Shown here in pieces: positions 1 through 12,730 of a stretch of DNA of 64,000 bases. Origin of the DNA: Paraspadella gotoi. Taxonomy: Eukaryota > Animalia > Chaetognatha. A program made the translations under genes and the position numbers. The stretch lies in the NCBI GenBank assembly GCA_051294375.1, contig CM119264.1, forward strand, positions 4,921,070 through 4,985,069, written 5' to 3'. Each line of letters starts with the position of its first letter. Position 1 is the stretch's first letter. The notes beneath the pieces were generated by a model. It searched no databases and was not told where the DNA came from. It saw only the letters and a program-made list of their open reading frames with translations.

Positions 1-78
1 ATTTCCCAAAGTAAAAATTTGTTTCACATTGTATTTCTCAAAAAGAAATAACGAGGGTAATTTTTTTCTAAATTACAG

Positions 79-1247
79 GGTCTTCATCTCTTGATGAAAT
101 ACGCGATGCAATTTTAAAAGAGCACCCGGGCACGATAATACATATGGTTGAAATGTTCAGCTACATTCACTCCATTTCCAATTTATCGCTTCAAGTCAAA
201 TCTCTCTCAAAGACGGTGCGAGAATTTACAGATAATGTGACTGAAGAAATCACACTCATATGTTTTTCACAAGGTATACCAAATCGAGATTGTTACTAAG
301 TTAAAATAAACAATTACTTAATACTTATTTATTAAATAAGTTTGCGAACTTTTTCCAGGTGCCTTAATTTGTCGTGGCTTGTTACAATACACCTCCAATC
401 ATAAAGTTCACACTTTTATATCACTTGCTGGGCCACTTGCCGGACAGTTTGGCAGTAAGTAAACTTAAACTTAATTATTAAGTTCTCATCAAATTAACAG
501 ACTGAATATTGGTTGAACTTTCATTTTCCAGTGACTAATTTACTCTTTACGTGGCTCGCGGGAAAAACCAAGTACCTCCTTTACAAATTTCTGTACACTT
601 ATTATGGTCAGACCTACTCCATAGGAAATTTATGGCGAGATCCATATCATTACGACTCATATTTAAAAGTTAACAAGTTTCTCTCAGAACTGAATAACGA
701 GGTATTTTGTAAAGCAAAATTATATACGTTTACAAAGATTTATCTAATAAAAATAAAATATTTTTCTCTTGAAATGTCTTATAGGTAAAACACAAAAAGG
801 AAAAAGATTTCAAAAAAAACTTTCTCCAGCTAAAAATATTAGTCATGGTCGGAGGCCCCGACGATGATGTCATCCAACCCTGGGAATCGAGCTTATTCGG
901 ATTTTTCCCAAAAAATTCTGACCAACTAGTCTTACCATTTTACAAGACAAACGCGTAAGTAATACCCTTAATACTATAATTTACAGACTATATTATGATT
1001 TATTCTTGGCTTATTGGCGCTACTAACTTTACGCATCTTCATTTTAAAATATAAATAATTTATCAAATTCAACTTAGTTTTTAATATAATAACTTTGATC
1101 ACAAGGTATCTTGACGATGCTTTTGGACTAAAAACTTTGCACAATCGAGGTGGAATTCGACTGCATAACATTCCTGGAATCAAACACACTGAATGGCATG
1201 CTAATAGGGGAGTCTTCGATGAAGCAATATTTCCTTACTTGTATTAG
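79..1247 (+). CDS. PPT2: Lysosomal thioesterase PPT2-like, 5' part outside the window
   Basis: GT-AG exons 79-273, 359-454, 532-701, 785-954, 1106-1247. Spliced translation contains HPGT, ICFSQGALICRG (nucleophile motif), [48 protein letters not shown] and GIKHTEWH. Stop TAG at 1245-1247. Confidence 0.9.
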
Positions 1248-2232
1248 TTGTACCCTTGTTTTTTGTTTTTACCAGGTATTTGTCATTAATTATTTTTATA
1301 CAAATTGTTTTAGTTTGTAGTTTTGCGAAGTTATTATGTATTTAATGTTATGATCAAGCACCATTAAAAAAAGCCATGATCAATGTTTACAAAAGTAGTT
1401 AAAAAAAAGAAGAAATTATTTGTTTTTGATTCATAAAAAGGAACTTAAATCGTCTTAGACTAGAAATCTACTATGAAATTAAATTCAATAGGGGCGGGGG
1501 TTCAAAACTTTAGTCTTGAAGTCTACTTTTAGGTAAAAAAAATGATTTTTTAAAAAAGTTCGATTTTAATGCTTTTATAAATTTATTGTTGCTATTAAAA
1601 TTACAATATTACTATATAATGATAAAAATTTTTTTAATCAATCTTAACTTTTTTTTGATGGATTCTGATAGAGCATAAAAAGTTAAATAAAAACTTTAAC
1701 TACAACTTTCAAAAATATTTATGTTTTCTTGGAAAAAGTAATAAAATTATCGAAAAATGATAATGATGATGATTATAAGTAGTTTTTCATATTTTTCTTA
1801 CAATTATGATCAAAATATCGAAAAAAGAATTATACTTTGTGTAGACAACTTTTTGCAAGCTACCTGAATCTGATCTTAAAAATAAAAAAATCCTAAAAAA
1901 ATTTTTAGCCTTTCCTATTTATAAATAAATATTAAAAAATTAATTTATGGAATATGGAGTAATATTAAAAAATTTTGTCTATTCAAATTTTTTAAAAAAT
2001 GTCTAAATTTTCGTTTGAGCAGGTGCTTAATTCAAATTTCTTAACCACCTTACTGAGTTAGTCTCCCCCTACTTAGACAGAACTGTGGACTTCGTCGTGG
2101 AATTAGACTTAACACTCACCATATTATTTTTATTCGGCTCGCAAGTCACCAAGAAGTACACTTTATACGTACTAAGTAGGCTCCTCGGAAAAAAATTTTA
2201 ATCACGTATGATTCGTAATATCAAGTACTTAC

Positions 2233-3363
2233 CAAGCAACATTTTCACAGGAATTAGATATATCAGTATAAGTTGTTTATTCCGTCGGGAGTTTTTGTGA
2301 CATCGTTCAAAGGCAAAGCTGAGATTTTCTTCGGCAAGACGAAATTCAGAATCGAACATATACTTTTTCCCCACGTGAAATCTGAATGTGACTAACTGCG
2401 CCAAAGCAAAATGATCTTTCAAGGTGGACTGGTCTATGGCGCGGATCAGGGGCTTGCACAAATGCAGTTTGTTAACCTGATTAAGATAATAACTTAGTCA
2501 AATTTAAAAGCAAAATTTGCATACTACCCAACACTTACCTTAAAATATATTTTGAAAAGTTGATTAACGAGATTAAGCATTCCCCACTTTTTCGATTCCG
2601 TCATAGCGGCTCGCGAATCCGAGGCGCAAACGCGAAAACACTTAAATAGCAAAACAGGAAAGTTAGAACGTACATAGCTAAATATTATGATAGATCTGAA
2701 ACAACAAATACATACGTCAGAAAATAATCCGGTTAATCAGTAATATACCTGCATGAGAAGATCGGCGGATTTTTCCAGCGTCTCCCATACGGGACCCTGA
2801 AGGTTGTTAATGTTGGACTCCTCTCTAGATTGGAATAGCTGAATGTCGGCTTGCATGGCGATTTGTCGGAGGTCCAAAGTCGCCACGAACATTATAGGAA
2901 GCGACCAGTTTTCTTCTTTCTGACTTAAAAAAAAAAAAATCAAAAATAAGTAAAACAATTGATTAACAGGATCGGCCTTGTTGTCAATACTTTTGAAGCA
3001 TCCTGACTATGCCTTGGACAAGACTAGTTTGAAAGGAGTAAGCTTCGAGGTAATCCTCGTTGTAATAAAACGACAAGATCGTCATGAGATGTGGCGCGAC
3101 GACTTCGTCGTAGGGCGTTTGAAAATGATGTTCCACCATGCCGTTCAGGTTATGCTACGCAAATAAAGAAACTAATATTGATGGAAAAGTCAATATTATT
3201 GAAAATAATAATAGTAGACTACCTGGGATGATTGTATGGCCTGCAATAATCGACGGCTTTTAGAATGTGGATCCTTTAGACCCAAAAGCTGGGCCGCTGC
3301 TATCCCGTCCTTATCTTCCAATACAGCCGACAATTCGTTAAAATAATCTCTCAAGTCTGACAT
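2233..3363 (-). CDS. PCID2: PCI domain-containing protein 2 (TREX-2 subunit); C-terminal exons not found in the window
   Basis: ATG at 3363 and five GT-AG exons giving [55 protein letters not shown] and [12 protein letters not shown]. The last visible exon ends at a GT donor at 2232. Confidence 0.9.
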
Positions 3364-3485
3364 GATTTTTGTTTAAGTTTTAATGATTACAGCATCTGAA
3401 TAAAATAACATGACAATTTAATAATTAACACTTCGGAAAAAACGATTGATCAAAACCAATGAACGTATCAGGATCGGGATCGAGG

Positions 3486-4685
3486 TCATCTTCGATCTCC
3501 TCTTCTCTCTTTAGAATATCTGTCAGATCTTTTATTTGAAGGTGACCTTTCCGAAGCGGGCGATCGCGAGCGTCCCTTATCAAGCGACCGAGAGTGCCTC
3601 ATTTCGGCCGAATGGCTGTTGCCAGGCGACCGCAAGCGTCTTCTGTCAGGCGACTGTCTATGATTAGGGGACCTGGAACGCCCTTTATTAGGCGACCGCG
3701 AGCTTCTTTTTTCGGGCATCCGTCTCTTTTCAGGCGACCGCGAGCGTCTGTCGGGCGACTGTCTATTTTTAGGGGTCATCGACCGTTTCCTGCGCGGGGA
3801 CCGCGACCGTCTATACGCCGGTGAACTTTGTCTTCGTTTTTCAAACGCCGTCTTCGTCGAAGCATCGTAGTGTTGGCTTCGATGACGCCTCCACTCCTCA
3901 GGCGAAGCTGAACGCCGCGGCGTCGCCGGCTCCTGTTTAATCGTCACGCCGCCGATTCGAAGTCCCTCATTTCTTCTTACGGCGCCATTCCGTCGATCAA
4001 AGTCATTGAGATCGGGTTTAACGTCGAGCGCTTCGTCCTTCGGTTCTCGCTTGAACTCTCGATCAGTGAACTCCCTATCTTCTCTTTTTTTCTTTTCCTT
4101 CTTTTTCTCTTTCTTCTCCTTTTTTTTCTTTCTCTTTCGCCTTTCCTCCTCTTCTTCTTCAACCTCCTCCTCCACCGTTCCGGAGTCCGTCATGGTCGAT
4201 GGGTGAATTCCCTGCTCCCTGATCTTCTTAGTAAGTTCGTCCTCGTCGAGGACGTCCTTGGGAAGCTTGTACTCTTCGACGTGGTCGACGCGGATCGTCC
4301 GCGTGGCGACCTTGATCCCGTTGAGATTGTCAACGGCGAGTATCGTTGATTTTTGATTCTCATAGCAGAGGAAAGCAAAGCCTTTCGACTTGCCAGTCTT
4401 CTTGTCGCGGACTGGAAATTAGAGGTGCGAGTGTCAAAAGATCAATTTTAAATCCTTCCACAAATATTTTCACAACTTACTCAAATTAATGTTGACGATC
4501 TCGCCATACTGAGAAAAGACGCAAACGACGTCACCCTCGGTGAGATCATAGTTGAGACCGCCGATGAAGATCCAAGCGCTGTCCTTGTACTGAGCGTGCC
4601 AGGAAGAATCGGTGCCAGCGATGCCCCGTTCTAACTCCAGCGCGTTGTACTTTTGTACGTTTTTAACGTTCGTCATGGGATTCAT
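3486..4685 (-). CDS. RBMX2: RNA-binding motif protein X-linked 2 (RES complex, Snu17/Ist3 homolog) with K/E- and RS-rich tail
   Basis: Exons 4685-4481 and 4411-3486: MNPMTNVKN...[25 protein letters not shown], then [32 protein letters not shown], running into the 235-aa RS-rich ORF. Confidence 0.95.
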
Positions 4686-4901
4686 TGTCGGTTTGTTTTT
4701 TTTTTTGCTTTAACACGGGCTAATTAAAAGATAAAAAAATAATTTAAAATACAATCGCGGGGGAATAGAATGGAATGGACCAAATATTTGACTGGCAAAT
4801 AAGTACAAAAAATAAACAATGGCGAGAAAAAAAAATTCAATGCTAAGGCTTTTCACGGTGTCATAGAAAACTAATTCCTGTCCACCGACGCGCAACGACT
4901 T

Positions 4902-5228
4902 TCAGCAGGCCTTATGACCCAGCGTTTGTGTCTCTTTCTTGAGAACGGTGAGCAGGGTCTGGGAGCTTTCAAGGATTTTGGCGTAAGCGTGTTCGGTTTC
5001 CGTGATGGTCCGATCGTAGTCGTTGCGAACGGCGAGCTTTTTGGCGAGAGACTCGTTGATTCGAGCCAATCGTTCGCCGAAGATGCGCATGTCGTTTTGA
5101 AGCTTGGTCTTTTCCTCTTCTTCGGTCTGGATCTCTTTGTTGATGTTTTCCCTCTTGACGCAGAGATCCTCCAAGCACTTGACCAACTCGTTGTTGTAGG
5201 TCTGGAGAGCCGCGCCCTGTTGCGTCAT
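4902..5228 (-). CDS. SSNA1: SSNA1/DIP13/NA14 microtubule-binding coiled-coil protein (intronless)
   Basis: 108 aa: [22 protein letters not shown]...[23 protein letters not shown] matches the family signature. Confidence 0.95.
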   Translation of the reverse strand: MTQQGAALQTYNNELVKCLEDLCVKRENINKEIQTEEEEKTKLQNDMRIFGERLARINESLAKKLAVRNDYDRTITETEHAYAKILESSQTLLTVLKKETQTLGHKAC

Positions 5229-5399
5229 TTTATTAATCTCCTTCTCTGTTGCCCGGATTTATCGCTTTCTTTGTAAACGTCCTTGATTTTTGATTTTCCC
5301 TATTTTCGATTGACAACCTAGAGAGGTTTTTTTTCCAAGGAATTAGCGAGAAGTTCAAAACAAACTGATAAAAAAATACAACAACAACAACGATTCGCG

Positions 5400-7518
5400 C
5401 TAAGTTTCCGGCGTCCACAACTTGAACGTCCTGTCGTAAGAGGCGGTGACGAGAAATTGAGAGTCGCGAGTCAAGTCACAGCCCATGATCTTAGCTTCGT
5501 GTCCTTCGAGGGACTTGAGGGGAGTCCAGCCGGGATTCATCCAGATCTTGGCCTTGGAATCGTAAGAGGCCGTGAGAAGAAACTTTCCTTCCGTCTTTTC
5601 GTATTTGACGTGGGTGAGAAGATTGTTGTGGGCGGGAATCGTGTAGATGGCCTTTCTTTGGCGGAGGTCCCAAATCTTGGCCGTGTTATCCTCGGAGGCG
5701 GAGGCGATGTGGAAACCGTTGGAGGAAAAATCGACGCCTGGCGGTGAATAAATAAAAAGAAAGCTAATTAACTTGTTTGTTCGCGAAAACCAGAGACAGC
5801 CTAACCAATACACTTACACAGGATACTCTTGAGATGTCCTTGAAGAAACATGATGCAACGACCCGTCCGCAAATCCCAAACGCGACCGTAAGCATCGAGT
5901 CCGCCACTGGCCGCGAGCGAACCGTCCTTGTTGAATTCAATATCAAAGACGGCCCTCGAATGTCCTTCCTAAGATATGATAATGATTTTTTAATTTTCTT
6001 TCGACTTTTTGTTCCGAAAACGAATAATTTTCGATCTACTTGATGCAAAATCTCTTCGCAGACTTCGAGATCCCAGAGACGCCACGAGCTGTCGTGACAC
6101 GCGGTGCCAAGAAATCGTCCGGATGGATGCCAGGACAAACGGGAGACACGGAAAGGGGCATGACCTATAAATTCCAAAGGTAAAATGATCCTATGCCGTC
6201 ATCCTTAATGCACATTACACATTAGGTAATATTTTCAAAGGTGCTTCTGATGGATACGGAATCATGAAGAGGATTAATATTATTCATATTCACAGATCCT
6301 TCACTGGGCAACATTGTGGTCGACCGTGCCGCCGTGATTAACTGACATTGTGGTCTACGCGTTAGAAGGACTCGTGCTTCTCAAGCCCACAACAATCCCC
6401 CTCTAACACTTCTGGATTTTCCTGCTTCTAAGTACAACAATAACAACCGACCTTCAATATCGGCGATTGGCTCTTCGTTCTCAAGATTCCAAAGCTTAAC
6501 GGATCCGTCGTGCCCGCAGGAAGCTAAGCAAATGCCGGAGGGATCCTGGGTCAGCGTCGCCTGCGGATGAAACTCGATGCAGCCGACCTGTGCGTTGTGG
6601 CCACGCAGGGTGCGTACCGGCTCGCAGGATGGAACGGTCCAGAGTTTGCAGAGACCGCTCCAAGAGGAAGTGGCCAGAAGTTGGTCGTTGGGGCTAAAGC
6701 AGCAATGTGAAATGGGCCGGTCGTCGCCGATCTGGCTGCAATGGATGGTGAGAGACTTGGCGAGGCGCTGCACGTCCTGCAAACGAGCGAGTTTGGTAGC
6801 CTCGGGCACGTTCTCTTCGTTCCTCTCAGTAAGGATTCGGTCGCGGGCGCGAGGGAGGGAATACTCGGCCAACCATCGCCGAGCGTCCTTTAAGCTGGAG
6901 GGACCTTCGTGGTACCAGGTCGTCTCCTCTCGGTCCTTGCCGTCTTTACCGGCGACTCCGGGAGTGACGGGGGCGCCTCTGGTGGCCGCCTCTTCTGCCT
7001 TTCGCTTCTTGATAGCGTCTTCGCCCAGGATGGAGAGAAGAGAGCGAAGACGCTCACGTCGATCGGCCGGGCCTTCGCCGAAGAGGCAAATCGGTTCGCC
7101 TAACTGAAAACAAAATTGTAGCCTATAGAATAGAAAGAGCAATATCAAATAAAGAGGTAAAAGAATGAATTAAATGAACGTTTGATTTAATAGATAACCC
7201 TCCGAAGTTTTCCGCCTAAACAACAACCTGACGGAGATTCCGTTTAACTTCTGAATCGTCGGTGGACACCACAACAGCTCGACCTCTCTTCCTCCTTTCG
7301 TACTCTTGCAGGAGATCCTTTTTGGTCTTGGAGCTGACCGACTCTTCTAGGGCCATCGTCTCTCCGGTTCCTACGTTAATGTTTCCGGCGGAGGCGAGCG
7401 ATTCAGCGGTTGGAGTTCCGCTTCCGCCGCCTCCATCCAGTTTGTTTTTCTCTTTCTCCTCCAAACTCCCATAATGAACGACTTTTTTCGAAGCTTCGTA
7501 CTGAATTTTTTCATCCAT
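5400..7518 (-). CDS. PRPF4: U4/U6 snRNP WD40 protein Prp4
   Basis: Five GT-AG exons: [14 protein letters not shown]|[75 protein letters not shown]. The start ATG at 7518 is the least certain part. Confidence 0.95.
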
Positions 7519-7644
7519 CTCGACACAGGTCGGGTGGCGCTGCAGGCATTGGACGGAATTAAATACTACAATAATTTACGAATACTCAATAGAGTAAAAA
7601 TTAAACGAAATTAACATCTCGCTGTAAATTCGGCAAACAAATGT

Positions 7645-8839
7645 TTAGTCTAGAACAAAAACATTCATTCTGGTCTTATGCTCAATGACGCGTTGAAACA
7701 ATTCGAGTTCCTTGGGTTCCCACGATGTCTTTAAGTAAGACACGGAGGACAAAGAATCGATGAGTCGCATTTCTTCTTCGTTTAGGTTAAAGTCAAAAAC
7801 TTTAGTGTTTTCTTCCAATCTCTCTGGCTTCGTCGACTTGGGAATGCAAACTATTTGATGCTGCAAACACCATCTTATCACAATCTGGTGAAAGAAAGAA
7901 GAAAGTTACCAGCGGATCCTGTCTCAAAACTATAATGAGCTAAAAACCTGAGCGATGGTCTTTCGCTGTTTCGAAGCAATGCTCTCTAGCGGAGCTCGTA
8001 AATAGGGAATGTGAAGAATTTGCCCTGAAAACACATTTTTTTGTATATTTAGCAAAGCAGTGTTTAACTTTAGACAAAGCAATTTAGAATTAGATAATAG
8101 CAGCTCTTTTTACAAAAAACACTATTAAATCACTCATAAAATCCACACCTTTCGCCAGAGGTGAATATCCCTCGACGACGATCTCATGGTCGCGACAGAG
8201 TTGGATCAGCGACTCCTGCCGACAATAAGGATGAACCTCAATCTGATTGACGTGAGGCTCGACGCGACAACGCCCAAACAGCTCCTCCAGATGCTCCTCC
8301 TGAAAATTACTGACGCCGATGGCACGGCATTTGCCTGCGTCGAGAAGATCCTCCAAGGCGCGCCAGGTCTGGCTCATGGTCTCTTCTTTGTCTTTGAACC
8401 AGGACGGGCAGTCGGGCCAATGTAGGAGAACCACGTCCACGTAGTCCGTTCGAAGACGGCGCAACGAAGACTCCAACGACTCTACCGTCGGCTGGTAACT
8501 AACGCGAATGGACTTGCCTTTTATTTCGGACACGTTAGAGGCGAATGGACCAAAAACCTCCGGGGCAACGTACGTGCTTCGTTACCCGTAATTCGACGGC
8601 CATATTTTTGTGGTGAGGAAGAGTCTTTTCCGCTCTACGCCCGCGAGTTGGATAGAATCGGCGACCAACTCCTCGGTTCCGTAGCGCTGAGCCGTGTCGA
8701 CATGAGACACGCCCAGTCGAAGGGCGCCAGAAAGGGCGGAGCGAGAGAAGCCGCCGTCGTGCGATGTGCCGATGCCGAGAATCGGCATCTCCACTCCATT
8801 GCGGAGTCGTACCGTGGAAGAGAGCGAGAGAGAAGTCAT
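7645..8839 (-). CDS. Aldo-keto reductase family protein
   Basis: Four exons: MTSLSLSSTVRLRNGVEMPILGIGT, HVDTAQRYGTE, LFLTTKIW, DYVDVVLLHWP, AIGVSNF, NQIEVHPY, YSPLAKG, IPKSTKPERLEEN. The catalytic D/Y/K/H tetrad is present. Confidence 0.93.
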
Positions 8840-9085
8840 TAAAAAGAGGCTGGTCGGAAAAAAGTACGCCCTCCTTGTCCAGATAAACCTGAAAAAGTAA
8901 TATGCATATTGCATAAGGTAAAAAAAAGTAAATTGCGGAATGCGTACATGGTATGAGCAATGCTGATTGGTGTATAAAATATAAAAAGGCACGATGAATG
9001 CATACATTTTTTTGTGAAAACGACTTTGAAAATAAGTAAACTCGATACCGAATACCAAGAGCCAAAAAAAAATAAAAAAAACATT

Positions 9086-11206
9086 TCATGTAAAGTTCTC
9101 CAAGTTGTTTCTTGACTTTTCGAGACTCAAACTGCCGACTTTTCGACGGAGCACTCCGACGAGCCTCTCCAACTTGTCTCGTTCTTTCGCTCCCTCGATC
9201 ACCGCCGCCTCCCGAGCCTCGGCCTCTTTTTTCGCTGCCTTCTTCTCCGCCATTGCGTTGCGGATTTCCTCCGCAAGAATTTCCTTTTCTTCCTTCAGAG
9301 TTCCGATCAGACGTCGCTCTTCCAACAACTCGGCGTCAATCATCTTAATTCGCTCCAGCAATTCCCGCTCCTGCGAGAGGCTCCTATGAAGACCTCGCGC
9401 GATTTGCTCCTCCTGCAGTTCTGCTTCGACGCGGCGGAGCTTGGCCAAAGCGAGGTCACGCTCCTTCACCGTGGCGGCGAGACGTCGGTCCGTGTCAGAC
9501 TGGAACGGGAGGTGTGGCGGGGAGGATTAATTTAAAATAAATACAAACAAGGTTGAAAATTGTAGAGCATGAAAATAACAGATAGATCTAATAATCAATG
9601 ACTCAATCTCACCTTAGAAACCTCTGTCCTCTTTGCCTTCGCTAATTCCACCTCCAGCAAACGACACTTGGCGAGCACCTTGTCCCTCTCCTCGACGGCG
9701 GCTTTAATCTCTCGTCCGGCGATTTCCTCGGCCGCCTTCCTCGCCTCCTCTCGGCGTAGTTTCGTTAGTTTCGCCGACGATGCAGCCGCTGCCTCCACGT
9801 AAGGCACGATTCGGCGATCGTCTTCTTCGTCGCTGTTGTCCTCGTCACTGCTGCTACCATCGTCGTCTTCAGCGTCGGAACCAACTCTGCGCCGCGCAAC
9901 CACTTCGTCGCGTCTGCCGGCGCCCATTCGGCGGCGTTCCAGACGGCGGGCGCGTTCAACGGCGTCATCACGTTCGCGCTCCGCGGCCCGGATACGCCGC
10001 AGCAGGGCGCCATCGCGCTCCTTCTGTGCAGCGTAGAGTTCGTCCACGACGTCGGCGACACGCGACGCCATCGCCGAATCCGAGTCGGCTTCGTGCATCG
10101 ACGCCTCCAACTTGAGCGTCTCGATCTCGGCGTCCTTGTCTCGCAAGGCCTTGCGCACGCGCGAAACTTGGTCCCGCAAGGACTCGTTTTCTTCTAGAAG
10201 GCTTTTGAAAGCGGCGGTTTGATCGACAGGGACCAGAGCGGCAGTGGGCGAGCGGGAGTCCGTCGGCGGATGAGTCGACGACCAGTGGCCGAATGAAGAC
10301 CGAGGATCGCCGGTCGAAGGGAAGTAAGGGAAAAGGGGATTCGGGGGATGTAGTTGTGAAGGCGCTTGAGAGAAGAAAGGCGGGGCGAGTTGACCAAAGG
10401 GAGGAGAGTTTCGGAAGATTTCAGCCAGGTCTTCCGTCAACGAAGATGTGGAGGGGTAAGCAGAGTTGCGAAATTTGCCGCGACGGTTGAGACGTTTCGC
10501 GCCAGAGGAGAGGGATTCTCCCTTTTTTCGTTGTTGACGTCGAGTCGGGGGGACGAAGTGTGGACGGACGACGTCGTCGTCTCCGTCGTCATTGTCGTCG
10601 TCGTCTCCGTCGTCATTGTCGTCGTCGTTGTCCGAACTCTCTCGAATTTTGTCATTGGTGTCAGAATTTCCACTTCTCCCGCTTTCATCTCCGAGATCGG
10701 GGACGCACGCGGGTTCATCATCGAAGAGAGGGTTGCGGGAACGACTCTCCGGCAGGAAAACTTGGATTTTGGGCGAAGGCGCTTGGGGAGGCGATGGTGG
10801 GCGCGGAAGAGATGGCGCTGGCGGCGAATTGCAAGGCAAGGGTTCCGTCGGAAACTCGATTCGGCGAAGCGGCGATGAGTCAGTCGACGAATCCGCCGCC
10901 GGAAAACGAGTGGACTTTGCGGATTGGTCGGCGATGCCGTGTCGGTACCTGGATGATTATTAAGATAAAGAAAAAGTTAGATCCAAAGACTAAGTTCGAG
11001 AATGTGGCGACCAGCGGGTCCTAACAAGGGGAAATGCTATTTTTGCTTGGGTAGAAATCTCTGTTATCCTATCGTCCCTTATTCAAAGTAAAACGCAAGA
11101 CCTTTTCCCCATATCACCTCAATCTAACTTTGGACGGCGCCCCGTCCTCTTCGCGTCTCTCCTCGACGATTGAGGCGCAGGAATCGTTCGCGTCGTTTCC
11201 GTCCAT
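9086..11206 (-). CDS. MIPOL1: Mirror-image polydactyly 1-like coiled-coil protein with low-complexity N-terminus
   Basis: In-frame exons 11206-11118, 10948-9613, 9499-9086. VVDELYAAQKERDGALLRRIRAAERERDDA and ERDLALAK motifs resemble MIPOL1 (recognised from memory). Confidence 0.7.
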
Positions 11207-11521
11207 TTCCCTTTTTTTCTTTGTCTTTCTTTTAGTCTTTCTCGGAAGGCTACGTTTTCAAATTTTCCCAAATCATTTTCCTTCTTTTATCGGAAAATAA
11301 CATTAAATTTAAAGAACGCTCAACGCGACGGAGACAAAAAAAATTTAGGGGATTTTTTTGAAAATGAGAATCTCAAACGATCTCAACGAATCGGGGGGGG
11401 GGCGACGGAGCCGACCCCAAGCGGAGAGGGCGAGAGAGACCCGATTGGGGACTTGGGAACTGCGACGCGCGGCGGCGCGCAGAGCGAACAGATGGTAACT
11501 GGGTATTCGAACACTTGAACT

Positions 11522-11973
11522 TGAAAGCCTCGAAGTTTAAAATAAAAATGCGGTAAAATTTAGTTCGCGGCGAGGTGATCTCGATTTACCATAAACTTTT
11601 TAAGCTATCCGTTGATTAGGGAAAAAATAAAATTAAAACACCGATAAATCAAAGTAGCCAAATAAAAGTTTTGTGGAGCTAACATCTTCAAAGACAAAAA
11701 TTCTTAACTGCTTGGTGATAAAAATGTGATAGGTTGCCGTTAAGTACATATACATTAGAGCGTAGTGAAAGTCACATATGGAAATTTTAATTATGAAAGC
11801 CTCGAAGTTTAAAATAAAAATGCGGTAAAATTTAGTTCGCGGCGAGGTGATCTCGATTTACCATAAACTTTTTAAGCTATCCGTTGATTAGGGAAAAAAT
11901 AAAATTAAAACACCGATAAATCAAAGTAGCCAAATAAAAGTTTTGTGGAGCTCACATCTTCAAAGACAAAAAT
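11522..11973. repeat. Near-perfect ~180-bp direct duplication (11522-11702 and 11794-11973)
   Basis: Both copies run TGAAAGCCTCGAAGTTTAAAAT...CATCTTCAAAGACAAAAAT. Confidence 0.95.
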
Positions 11974-12730
11974 GAACATTAATTTAAAAAATATATATAT
12001 AAACATATATAAATATAAAGTGTTTTAATAAGGCTATATTTACATGTAGTACTATCCTTAAAAAATCCAAAAATTTCAAATTGGACTTTTTTTAATTCCT
12101 CGACAAAAGTAATATAACCCATTTTTAAAAATTCTTTAAGAGAGTAAAAAATTAAAAAATATACAAAAAATTAATTGTCAGCTTAAAATATAGGTTTTTC
12201 GATTTTTGACTAACTTAATGAAATAATTTTTAAAAAGGAGTTGTATTTCTTAAGAAATTTGTACAACCAATATAAAAATTATCCATTAATTTAATAATTA
12301 AGCTATCTTGCCCCTGACTTTGGACAGGCTTTGGTGGTTAAAGGCCTCCATCACGCTTACAAGATAATGACAGCAGGTCCCTGCAAGCTTTCAAGACTCT
12401 CTCAGTCTCGTTTATTCACTCCCAGAGTACCCGACTTCCCTATCAATGAAGTGGTATAATATTTCAAAGAATGTTTAAATTGTATGAAAAGACCAATCCC
12501 TCTTATTATCTACTTTTTATGACGAATCCAAATCTGCAAAAATATCTTACAAAAAACTATTTTGAAATTTTAACATTTATAGGGTTAGTACTATATATAA
12601 ACAGTTTACGACGTAAATTGTAAAAATTATAATAAAATTTTTTTATATATTAATGTTCAGTTGTTCATTCCTCACTTTTAGAATTTTAACTTAAGTTAAA
12701 TTTAGACTTTTCACTACGCTTTAATATACA
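11751..12730. mobile_element. Fold-back MITE family A, copy 1
   Basis: Ends CATTAGAGCGTAGTGAAAGTC and GACTTTTCACTACGCTTTAAT are inverted repeats. The interior at 12500-12720 is the reverse complement of about 21510-21740. Confidence 0.75.
12252..12500 (-). repeat. Dispersed repeat family B, nested in MITE A
   Basis: Reverse complement of 31597-31852 (ACCACCAAAGCCTGTCCAAAGTCAGGGGCAAGATAGCTTA). Confidence 0.9.

Noticed and set aside
2068-2180. 9-bp inverted repeat CCTACTTAG/CTAAGTAGG as a snoRNA terminal stem in the PCID2 intron
   Set aside because: No C/D boxes next to the stem on the sense strand; could be chance.
6167-6451. H/ACA snoRNA in the long PRPF4 intron (hairpin, AGACCA, later ACA)
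   Set aside because: The second hairpin is weak and the motifs come from a short direct repeat GACCACAATGT; not supportable without a covariance search.
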